A stretch of 64,000 bases of DNA. Origin: an uncultured Solirubrobacteraceae bacterium (GTDB taxonomy: Bacteria; Actinomycetota; Thermoleophilia; Solirubrobacterales; Solirubrobacteraceae). The DNA is taken from NCBI GenBank assembly GCA_964588985.1, contig CAZPQW010000008.1, positions 1 to 64,000 on the forward strand, written 5' to 3'. Below are positions 8,570 through 16,707 of this stretch, one piece after another. The first letter of the stretch is position 1; each line of letters begins with the position of its first letter. A program made the position numbers and the translations under genes. The notes under the pieces are model-generated. The model was given only the letters and a program-made list of their open reading frames with translations, did no database searches and was not told where the DNA came from.

Positions 8570-9730
8570 CTACTTTGTAACAGGAGGAACATGCGTTCGG
8601 GCGGTGCTTCCAGGCTCGTCGGCGTCTCGAGCGTCCATCCGCGCGATCCACAGGTCGGGCTGCTCGAGCTCGGCCGTGGTCGGCAGGGCGTGCGGTCCGC
8701 CCCACGCGCGCGCGAGGGATTGCGACCCGCCCGTCCGCACGACCTCGTCGCAGAAGCGCCGCCCGATCTCGTACTGGCGCATCTTCAGCTCCAGCCCGAG
8801 CAGCCGCTCGAGCACGCGCCAGGGCAGGGGGCGGTTCTCGCGCCGGCGGTTCATCGCGGCGCGCAGCTTCGGCAGCGAGGGGAGCATCTCCGCGCCGATA
8901 GCGTCCATCGTGTGCTCCGCGTGTCCCTCGATCAGCGACATCGCCGCCTGCATCCGCTCGACCAGCTGCCAACGATCCTCGCCGAGCGTCAGCCGCAGCA
9001 GCTGTCCACTCCGTGCGCGCTCGAGCATCTCGCGCAGCTCGGCCGGGTTCGGAACCTTCCCGCCCAGCCCGCCCAGCCCGTCGCGAAGATTCGACGCCCA
9101 TCCGCCGCGGCGCCCGTCCTTGAGCTCATCGCTCTCCTCGCCCGCGAGCGTCACCTGCAGCCCCTCGAGCAGCTCCGCGAGCATCCCTCCGAGGTGCTCG
9201 CGCAGCCACGGCGCTCCCGAGAACTGGACCGCGTGGGTGATCTCGTGGATCGTCACCCACAGCACGAGCTCGTCGCGGTCCACCGCGAGGTTACGCGCGG
9301 CCTGGGCGAGGTTGGGGGCGAGCAGCAGCAGGCGGGGGGCGACCGAAGCGTCGAGCAGCGCGAGGTCGTACTGGCCGAGCACGCGCTGGGAGAGCATCCC
9401 CGTCAGCGCGCCCACCTGCGCGCCGAGCAGCAGCCCCGAGGCGGAGCGCAGCGGGCCCGCGAGGAAGCCTTCCTCCTTTGCCATGCGCTCGGTCAACGGC
9501 GCGAGCATCGGGCGCATGCTCTCGAGGTTCGCCGCGATCCACTCGGAGCGATCGACCGCCTCCAGTGGCGGCAGGTGCGCGGGCAGCTCGAGGCCGCTGT
9601 AGGCGCTCACGCGCTCGGCGAAGTCGTGTGCGAGCGGCTCGACGGTCGCGGCACGCACCCCCCCGTGCGGAGGCGAGCCGGCGATCAGCTCTCCGATCCG
9701 CTGGGCGGTACGCCAGTCGATGAAGTCCAC
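8570..9730 (-). CDS. Zinc-dependent metalloprotease (zincin-like, DUF2342-type)
   Basis: SQRVLGQYD, HEITHAVQF (HExxH), MSLIEGHAE, LGLELKMRQY..GRRF, LPT..EL..PD.W. Confidence 0.88.
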   Translation of the reverse strand: MDFIDWRTAQRIGELIAGSPPHGGVRAATVEPLAHDFAERVSAYSGLELPAHLPPLEAVDRSEWIAANLESMRPMLAPLTERMAKEEGFLAGPLRSASGLLLGAQVGALTGMLSQRVLGQYDLALLDASVAPRLLLLAPNLAQAARNLAVDRDELVLWVTIHEITHAVQFSGAPWLREHLGGMLAELLEGLQVTLAGEESDELKDGRRGGWASNLRDGLGGLGGKVPNPAELREMLERARSGQLLRLTLGEDRWQLVERMQAAMSLIEGHAEHTMDAIGAEMLPSLPKLRAAMNRRRENRPLPWRVLERLLGLELKMRQYEIGRRFCDEVVRTGGSQSLARAWGGPHALPTTAELEQPDLWIARMDARDADEPGSTARTHVPPVTK

Positions 9731-9805
9731 CGCAAGAGCGTAGCCCGGCGGGCGCGCTGTTCCGCGCGTAACCTTCCAGTTGTGTCTGGCTCAAAGATCG
9801 CGCCC

Positions 9806-11506
9806 GTGCCGCCTCAGGCCAACTCGCGCGTGGAGCACGGCGGCGGTTTCCTCAAGCGGGCGGAGGTGCGCGACGTGCTCGCGTGGATGCGTCTGCTGGT
9901 CGATCCGCAGGACGCCGCAGCTGTCGTGCGCGCGCTGTCCAGGCCGCCGATCGAGCTGCGCCAGGTGGAGCTAGCGCGCGTGATCCAGGTAGCCCGCAGG
10001 CGCAAGCTGGACCTCGTGGTCGGCCTCGCCGCCGCGACCGAGTCCCCGCACGTTCCGCCGGAGGCGCGCGAACGCATCCAGCGCTTCGTGGAGCTCCACC
10101 GCGGCGCGGCCGGCGAGCTGGACGTGATCGCCCCGGACGTGTTCCTCGGAGGCCTGATCGAGCGCCTCGGTCTGCGCGGGCGCCCGCTGCTGGCGCCCGA
10201 GGACGCCGCCGTGCAGCGCGCGAGCCTCGAGCGGCTGCACGCGCTCGCGGTGGACTTCGTACGCGAGCGTCCGGAGTCGAGCACGCGCGACCTCGTACGC
10301 CACCTCGCCACGGTCGTGCCGGAGGCTCACACGGAAGCTCCGCCGGATCTCGCTTTCGCCGCGGCCGAGGCTGAGGCGAACGCAGATCAGCCCGCGTCCG
10401 CGGACGTGCTCTCCGAGCAGCTCGAGACGACGCTGCGGCTGCTGCGCGAGGAGGTCCTCGACAGCGTCGCGCGGATCGGCGGGCGGCTCGGCGAGCTGCG
10501 GCTGGACACCGACCTCGACATCTCCCACGGCGTGGTGCGCTACCTGGAGCTGCTGAAGCTCTCCGCACTGCTGCAACGGCCCGAGGGGCAGGACCTGGAG
10601 GATGCGCTCGCGGACGTCAACGCGCGCCTGCTCGCGGCCACCACCCCGCTCGAGCGCGAGATCTTCCAGACCTCGCCGCTCGACGACACGCTGCTGAGCG
10701 GCGGCGGCGACGATCGCGCCCGCGCGCAGGCGCTGCTGCCAAGGGAGGAGCACTCGCTCGGCCCGTTCCTGCCGCGCAGGGGGATCGGCCTCGGCCTGTC
10801 GGCGTCGGACATCCAGACATACCGCAGCTGTCCGCTGAAGTACAAGTTCGCGCGTGTGCTGCGCATCCCCGTCGAGCAGACGATCCACCAGCGCTTCGGC
10901 ATCGTCGTCCACCAGGTGCTCGAGCGCTACCACTCCGACGGGCACGCCACGCTCGCACAGATGCTCGACCTGCTTGACGCGGGCTGGCGCCGCGCGGGCT
11001 TCGGCCCCGGCGATCGGGATCGCGAGCTGTTCGAGAAGGCCCAGACCGCGCTCACCCGCTACCACGCGCGGCTGAGCGAGCACGACGCCGAGCCGGTGTG
11101 GTTCGAGCGCCAGTTCGACTTCCGCGTCGGGCCGCACCACCTGCGTGGCCGCGTCGATCGCGTCGACCGTGTCGCCGGCGCCGACGACGCCGAGTACGAG
11201 CTGATCGACTACAAGACCTCGCGGCCGAAGACCGTCGAGCAGCTGAAGGACGACGTGCAGCTGTCGCTGTATGCGCTCGCCGCGCGCGAAGCGTGGCAGC
11301 TGGAGTCCTCGCGCCAAGCTTACTACTACGTGCTCGACGACCTCAAGGTGCCCGTGCCGCGCGACCAGCGCGACGCGGAGGCGGTCAAGCAGATCGTGCT
11401 CGAGGTGGGAGAGGGCATCCTCGCGCAGGAGTTCGAGCCCACTCCCTCCCGTACCGCGTGCTCGATGTGCGACTACCGGATCGTGTGTCCGGCGGCCGAG
11501 GCGTAG
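9806..11506 (+). CDS. PD-(D/E)XK RecB/AddB-like nuclease with a UvrD 2B-like N-terminal fragment
   Basis: FLKRAEVRDVLAWMRLLVDPQD; LSASDIQTYRSCPLKY, GIVVHQVLE, LRGRVDRVD, LIDYKT, QLSLYALA, CSMCDYRIVC; start approximate. Confidence 0.82.
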   Translation: MPPQANSRVEHGGGFLKRAEVRDVLAWMRLLVDPQDAAAVVRALSRPPIELRQVELARVIQVARRRKLDLVVGLAAATESPHVPPEARERIQRFVELHRGAAGELDVIAPDVFLGGLIERLGLRGRPLLAPEDAAVQRASLERLHALAVDFVRERPESSTRDLVRHLATVVPEAHTEAPPDLAFAAAEAEANADQPASADVLSEQLETTLRLLREEVLDSVARIGGRLGELRLDTDLDISHGVVRYLELLKLSALLQRPEGQDLEDALADVNARLLAATTPLEREIFQTSPLDDTLLSGGGDDRARAQALLPREEHSLGPFLPRRGIGLGLSASDIQTYRSCPLKYKFARVLRIPVEQTIHQRFGIVVHQVLERYHSDGHATLAQMLDLLDAGWRRAGFGPGDRDRELFEKAQTALTRYHARLSEHDAEPVWFERQFDFRVGPHHLRGRVDRVDRVAGADDAEYELIDYKTSRPKTVEQLKDDVQLSLYALAAREAWQLESSRQAYYYVLDDLKVPVPRDQRDAEAVKQIVLEVGEGILAQEFEPTPSRTACSMCDYRIVCPAAEA

Positions 11507-11516
11507 GCCTCTCACG

Positions 11517-12389
11517 CTACTTACCCTCGCGCCCCCGTTGCCGCAGGAACCGCTGGAATTCCCGCGCGAGCGCGTCGCCCGACGGCACCTCATCGGGCGA
11601 GGTCTGATCCTCGCTGTCCGCAGCCTGCTCGAGCCGTTCCACGAACGCCTGGATGTCGGGGTCGCTCTGCACCGCGAGCCCCACCTGGCGCTCGTAGTCG
11701 GCCGCGGCGGACTCCAGCTCGGACACGTCCACCGACACGCCGATCAGCACTTCCACCCGCCGCAGAAGAGCGAGCGCCGCCTTCGGGTTGGCGGCCGCCG
11801 CCACGTAGTGGGGGACCGACGCCCACAGGCTCGCCGACGGTAGGCCCGCGTCCGCGCACGCGGTGTGCAGCACGCCCACGATCCCGGTCGGCCCCTCGTA
11901 GCTGGACGGCGTCAGCGCCAGACGCTCCAGCAGCGCCGCGTCGGAGGCGTGGCCGGTCATCGCGACGGGGCGTGTGTGCGGCATGTCGCCCAGCAGCGCT
12001 CCGAGCGAGACCACCATCTGCACCCCCAGCGCCTCCGCCAGGTCGACCACGTGTGCGCAGAACGCCCGCCAGCGCATCGACGGCTCCACGCCCTGAACGA
12101 GCACCAGGTCGCGTGGGGCGCGCGGCGCACCCGCTTCGAAGAACTCCACCGTCGGCCACGTGATCTCCCGCTTCTCGCTCTCCCCGAAGCGGATGCTCGG
12201 CCGGTTCGTCTGGAAGTCGAAGAACTCCTCCGAGTCGATGTGCGCGAAACGTCGCGCGTTCAAGGAGGAGGCGAGGAACGACACGGCGCTCGACGCCGCG
12301 TCGCCGGCATCGTTCCAGCCCTCGAAAGCGCACACCATGGCCGGGGCCCTGAGGCCATCCGGACGGCGGTCCCAGATGAGGGGCTGCAT
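11517..12389 (-). CDS. PAC2 family (proteasome assembly chaperone-like) protein
   Basis: AFEGWNDAGDAAS, FDFQ.NRP, GVEPSMRW, LGALL.D.PHTRP, YEGPTGIVG, LWASVPHY. Confidence 0.9.
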   Translation of the reverse strand: MQPLIWDRRPDGLRAPAMVCAFEGWNDAGDAASSAVSFLASSLNARRFAHIDSEEFFDFQTNRPSIRFGESEKREITWPTVEFFEAGAPRAPRDLVLVQGVEPSMRWRAFCAHVVDLAEALGVQMVVSLGALLGDMPHTRPVAMTGHASDAALLERLALTPSSYEGPTGIVGVLHTACADAGLPSASLWASVPHYVAAAANPKAALALLRRVEVLIGVSVDVSELESAAADYERQVGLAVQSDPDIQAFVERLEQAADSEDQTSPDEVPSGDALAREFQRFLRQRGREGK

Positions 12390-12414
12390 CCGAACCACCG
12401 TACATCATGAGTCC

Positions 12415-13365
12415 GTGTCCTCCGCCACGCGTCCAGCGCCAGAGCTCCCCAACACCGTCGCCACGTTGCGCGATCAGGAGGAGGTCGACGGGCTGTTCGC
12501 ATGCACTCGCAAGGAGCGCCAGATCTCCCGCGCCGGCACGCCCTACCTCACGGTCGAGCTGCGCGACAGCACCGGCACGATCCGCGGACGCGCCTTCCGC
12601 GAAGCGGACGTCCTCGCCGGTCGCTTCGAGCGCGGCGAGCTCGTGCGCGTGCGCGGTCGCGTCGAGCGCTTCCGCGACGAGCTGCAGATCGCGCTGCGGT
12701 CGATCTCACGCGCCGAGGGCGAGGAGGCCGACCCGACGGTGTTCCTGCCCACCGCCTACCGCGACCTCGACGAGCTGGAGGGTTTCTTCGAGCACCTCGC
12801 GCGCGAGGTCTACGACCCGGGGTGCAAGGCGCTGCTCGCCGCGATCCTCGCCGACGCCGCCCTGCGCGCGGAGATCCGTCGTGCGCCCTGCTCGATACCC
12901 GTGCACGCCGGCGCGCCCGCCGGCCGCGGCCCGTCCGGCCACCATGCCTACCTCGGCGGGCTGCTCGAGCACACCGTCGCCGTCGCCACGCTCGCGCTGG
13001 AGTGCTGTCAGCTGCACCCGCGTCTCGATCGAGACCTGCTGCTCACCGCCGCGCTCGTGCACGACCTCGGCAAGACGCGCGAGTTCACCTACGGCGCGGA
13101 CATCGAGCGCAGCGACGAGGGCCGCATGCTCGGCCACGTCGAGCTCGGGCTGCGGCTGATCTCACGCTATGCGCCCACCAAGCTCGAGGGCGAGCGGCGG
13201 CTGGCGCTCGATCACTGCGTGATGCTCCACCACGGGCCCGAGGCGGCCTCGGGGCAGCGGTTCGCCTCGGCCGAGGCGCTCGCGCTTCACCGGCTCAACG
13301 CGCTCGACGCGCAGGTCAAGGGGGCGTTGGAGCATGGGGGGTTTGGCGGGAAGCGGGTGGATTGA
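12415..13365 (+). CDS. yhaM: OB-fold + HD domain 3'-5' exoribonuclease, YhaM-like
   Basis: PYLTVELRDSTGTI OB fold; HHAYLGGLLEHT, LVHDLGK..E, LGHV, LHHG; start approximate. Confidence 0.8.
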   Translation: MSSATRPAPELPNTVATLRDQEEVDGLFACTRKERQISRAGTPYLTVELRDSTGTIRGRAFREADVLAGRFERGELVRVRGRVERFRDELQIALRSISRAEGEEADPTVFLPTAYRDLDELEGFFEHLAREVYDPGCKALLAAILADAALRAEIRRAPCSIPVHAGAPAGRGPSGHHAYLGGLLEHTVAVATLALECCQLHPRLDRDLLLTAALVHDLGKTREFTYGADIERSDEGRMLGHVELGLRLISRYAPTKLEGERRLALDHCVMLHHGPEAASGQRFASAEALALHRLNALDAQVKGALEHGGFGGKRVD

Positions 13366-13390
13366 CGGCTTGAGACTGGTGAGCGTCGGT

Positions 13391-13852
13391 CTATGTGAAG
13401 CTCCAGCCTTGATTGCGGATGAAGCTGAGCGCATTGACGCACGGCACTCGCAGGGCCGTGCATACCGAGGGTATCTTCGGCTTGGTGTCTGTCCCGCCTT
13501 TCTCCTCGGTGACGACGGTCAGGCTTCTGACCTGGGCAGTGGCAATGACGAACGGATCTGCTCCATTGCGGTTCTTTGTCGCCTTCATAAGAAGCGGGTG
13601 CTGGGCGAGGACTTCGCTCGTTGCGCGCTGAATAGCGTCGTCAAGCGGGACGAACAAATGCGGACGCGCGTTGATCCACTTGGCGAGGTCGTCCTCTTGC
13701 CTCTCCAGCTCGACGCGCACCTCGTCGGGACAGAGCACCTCCTGCTGAGTGATGAGTTCGTCCAGCTTGATCCAAAGGCCGGGAAAGACGTCGGGCGGAT
13801 ATGAGCGCGACCAGCACTCGATGAGCACACTCGTATCGAATCAGTAGGGCAT
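13391..13852 (-). pseudogene. DUF4411 family PIN-domain protein with an in-frame TGA at codon 4
   Basis: TAATG-coupled ATG at 13852 reads M-P-Y-[TGA]-F-D-T-S-V-L-I-E-C-W; YPPDVFPGLW, ADPFVIATA, VVTEE, KIP.VC..L.V.C. Confidence 0.75.
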
Positions 13853-15063
13853 TAGTCGCGGGCGCCGCCTGTGGACGCTAGCTTGGCTTCGAGCTTAGGT
13901 AGCCCGTTGAGCTTGATCTCGAGGTACTCAGACAGGTCTGATCCTGTGATGGCGCGCCGGTAGTAGGCATCGAGCGCCGACTCGATAAACCCTCGGCCGA
14001 GATCGCGGATCATCATCCTGTAGTAGCTCGGGCCTCCCGAACGCTCGTCTTCTTGCCGCTTACGCTTCTGCTCCTCACGGAACACCTCGTAGCCTGCCCG
14101 ATATTCGGCCTCCTTTTCCTGCAGAAAGCCCCAGTCTGCGAGGCCAACGGAGTACAGGCGGCGCACGACGGCTTCCCGACTGGTGGAGTACTTCTCGGAC
14201 AGGCTGCGAATGGTGTCCTCGCTCCAGCGCATGTCGGCAGGCGGATCTTGGAGCGTCGGCTCTGCGCGGAAGGCATCAAGAGGCATCAGCACGGCAGCAG
14301 CAACTTGGTTGCAGAAGATCTCGATCTCGTCTGTTGGTCCGCGGGGCTGCTGCCGTGGTAACGCATCGCAAACTCCGTCTGCGTGAAGCAGCACGTGCGC
14401 GAACTCATGGAGCAGGGTGAAGATCCGGCCGCGTGGGAAGTCGCCGCCGTTGAGTACCACGACCGGCAGGTGAGTCATAGAGATCGAAAAACCCCGCATC
14501 TCCTTAAGGGGGATCGACTGAGCCTGCAGGACGAGAACATCGAGCCTGGATACCGCGTCAAGCCATGCGTTGAGCGCACGCCTGGGATCGCGCCATGTCG
14601 CCTGTTGTGTGAGGGTCACCCCAAGAAGTGACCGAGTAGCGGCCCCATACAGCTCAGAGTCGGTCGTCGGCTCGTCGAGCATGGGCGCGGCACCTACCGG
14701 CTCGTCAGCGAGCTCGCGCAGCTCGATAGCTGCCTCGCGCACGGCATGAGCACGGCGGATAACAGCCAGCAGCCCAGGTGACAGCTGTCCAAGTTGGGTG
14801 TCTGGCAGGCGCCGATAGTCCCTGAGTGGCTGAAAGTCGAGCGGTGGCTCGGGAAGGTAGAAGATCGCCAGTGGGCGCTTATAGACCTTCGCTGCCATCC
14901 GAAGCTGCGCGATGGTTGGGCGAGTCGAGCCTGACTCCCAGGAGCGCAGGCGGTCCTCGCTCACCCGTAGCTTGGCGGCGGCAGCGTCGAGGCCGAAGCC
15001 CGCCGACTGGCGTACCCAGCTGAGCAGTTCGGGCTTGATGAGTGCGTCAGGAGTACGTGCCAT
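13852..15063 (-). CDS. XRE HTH + ImmA/IrrE family metallopeptidase
   Basis: N-terminal HTH (LLSWVRQSAG...WESG..RPTIAQL...Y.RPL..FY); GRIFTLLHEFAH; EIFCNQVAAAVLMP. Confidence 0.9.
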   Translation of the reverse strand: MARTPDALIKPELLSWVRQSAGFGLDAAAAKLRVSEDRLRSWESGSTRPTIAQLRMAAKVYKRPLAIFYLPEPPLDFQPLRDYRRLPDTQLGQLSPGLLAVIRRAHAVREAAIELRELADEPVGAAPMLDEPTTDSELYGAATRSLLGVTLTQQATWRDPRRALNAWLDAVSRLDVLVLQAQSIPLKEMRGFSISMTHLPVVVLNGGDFPRGRIFTLLHEFAHVLLHADGVCDALPRQQPRGPTDEIEIFCNQVAAAVLMPLDAFRAEPTLQDPPADMRWSEDTIRSLSEKYSTSREAVVRRLYSVGLADWGFLQEKEAEYRAGYEVFREEQKRKRQEDERSGGPSYYRMMIRDLGRGFIESALDAYYRRAITGSDLSEYLEIKLNGLPKLEAKLASTGGARD

Positions 15064-15148
15064 CTTGATGGTCTATCAGGAGCCTACGCACGTCTCCCGA
15101 TACTTGCGCTTCGCGGCATAGCTCGCCAGCTCAAGCCTGAGGAAGGCC

Positions 15149-15310
15149 TCATGTGTGGAGGTTGGTCCATGGATCGGCCGGGACCGGTCCGGCGCTATCG
15201 CGTACTGCTTCCATGTCCTCGGCAAACCCGGGGTCGGGAGGCGCAGGGTGCTCCAGTAGCCGTGTGAGCGCCTCTTTGAGGGGCCGGCCCCGACGGCGGG
15301 AGGCGCCCAT
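15149..15310 (-). CDS. Small protein resembling the C-terminus of actinobacterial type II antitoxins; possibly a remnant
   Basis: PDPGFAEDMEAVR....P...DPW pattern; 53 aa. Confidence 0.35.
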   Translation of the reverse strand: MGASRRRGRPLKEALTRLLEHPAPPDPGFAEDMEAVRDSAGPVPADPWTNLHT

Positions 15311-15322
15311 CTTCCACGTTAG

Positions 15323-15364
15323 GTACCGCGCAGTAGGTACAAATATGTACCGGCAAAGCGGTAC
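15323..15364. promoter_or_regulatory. 4xGTAC operator-like site, copy A
   Basis: GTAC at 15323, 15337, 15347, 15361 (spacing 14/10/14). Confidence 0.55.
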
Positions 15365-15384
15365 GATCCTGTCACGGCAGGATC

Positions 15385-16587
15385 TCATCTCGGCCTGTCC
15401 GCCAGCGGCGAAGCCCGCCGCAGCCACTCTCCGAAAAGCGGGTCGACGATGTACCAGGTGCGGTCGCGCAGATCGACCAACCCTCGCCCCTGCAGCCGCA
15501 CGAGCGCCGGGCGCACGCGCGAGTGGCTGGAGAACCCGTACCGGGCGGCGATCGGTCGACTATTGACGTGCTCGCCGCCGCGGTCCGCCAACAGTTGCAG
15601 CGCGCGAATCTCGTTCACCTCGCCCTCGTCTCCGTTCATCAGCACGTTGAGCACCGAAGCGAACTCCGACCGCTCGATCGTCTGCACGAGCCGATCGTGC
15701 GCGGCTGTCGCTGTTTCGAGCGTGACTCGGTCGCCGGCGGGCGTCGCCGTCCAGCACTCCCACGCAAGCTGCTGCGTGCTGCGGGGGTGGGCATGAGTGG
15801 CGTTGAGCAGATAGCTCAGCGCATCCTCGTCTGCCGGCTTGCCCGTCTCCTCGAACTGGAAGTCGAGGTACTCGAGGAAGTCCACGCGGCCGATCACAGG
15901 CAGCTGCATCTGCGCAGCCTCGCCAAAGATCGGCTGATGGGAGTCCTCGAGCATCATCTTCAGGGCGTTGCGGATCGACCCCGTGAACAGCAACGAGACG
16001 TGGTTGGAGCCAGAGCTCATGAGCGCCGAGCGGATAATCGCCAGCGGATCGCCGGGGCAGTGGCGCAGCCGCTGGAACTCGTCGAACACCACCACTAGGT
16101 GATCCGAGAGCGAGCGCAGCGCGAGCAGCTGCGCGTGCAGAGCCTCCGCATCCTGTGCCGGATTGGCCACCGCGCTCTTCACCGAGCCCTTGATCACCCT
16201 GATGTCGAAGCCGATCTCCTTCTCCAGCGCTCCGATCTGGCGCTGCGCGGCCCGTCGCATGCTCTTCGTCGGATGGCTGGTCATCGCATCGTGCACGCAC
16301 CCGATGAACCCCGGGATGCTCACCACTCGCTGGAGGTTGACTTTCACAACGTCGAACGGCGGCGCGTCGTTGCCGTGGCTCTTCGCGAGCTCGAGAGCGA
16401 GCTGGTTCACGAACGTGGTCTTGCCCGTGTCGCGCGGTCCGAACAGCGCCACGTTCGTCTGGCCCTTCAGCGTCAGCGCAACCTTGTTCGCGAAGGCCTC
16501 CATGCCCACGATCTTCGACGGGTCGTCGAGCGGACGATCCCAGATGAAGGGGTTCAGAACGGCGGGCACTTCAGTGGATTGTACCAT
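15385..16587 (-). CDS. AAA/archaeal-type ATPase with probable C-terminal winged helix
   Basis: N-terminal NPF; Walker A GPRDTGKTT; Walker B VVVFDEFQ; LFTGS; HP..TQQLA; C-terminal Y.VDPLF.EWL. Confidence 0.85.
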   Translation of the reverse strand: MVQSTEVPAVLNPFIWDRPLDDPSKIVGMEAFANKVALTLKGQTNVALFGPRDTGKTTFVNQLALELAKSHGNDAPPFDVVKVNLQRVVSIPGFIGCVHDAMTSHPTKSMRRAAQRQIGALEKEIGFDIRVIKGSVKSAVANPAQDAEALHAQLLALRSLSDHLVVVFDEFQRLRHCPGDPLAIIRSALMSSGSNHVSLLFTGSIRNALKMMLEDSHQPIFGEAAQMQLPVIGRVDFLEYLDFQFEETGKPADEDALSYLLNATHAHPRSTQQLAWECWTATPAGDRVTLETATAAHDRLVQTIERSEFASVLNVLMNGDEGEVNEIRALQLLADRGGEHVNSRPIAARYGFSSHSRVRPALVRLQGRGLVDLRDRTWYIVDPLFGEWLRRASPLADRPR

Positions 16588-16622
16588 CTAGGCGGTACCG
16601 AAATGTACCGGTATGCCGGTAC
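16581..16622. promoter_or_regulatory. 4xGTAC operator-like site, copy B, overlapping the ATPase start
   Basis: GTAC at 16581, 16595, 16605, 16619 (spacing 14/10/14). Confidence 0.55.
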
Positions 16623-16707
16623 GGAGCCAAAGGCATCCAGCGGCTGGGCAAAATCGCCCTCCAACCCCGGTCAAGGCGACCCCGGGCCCTGCCGATAGGA
16701 AACGGTG

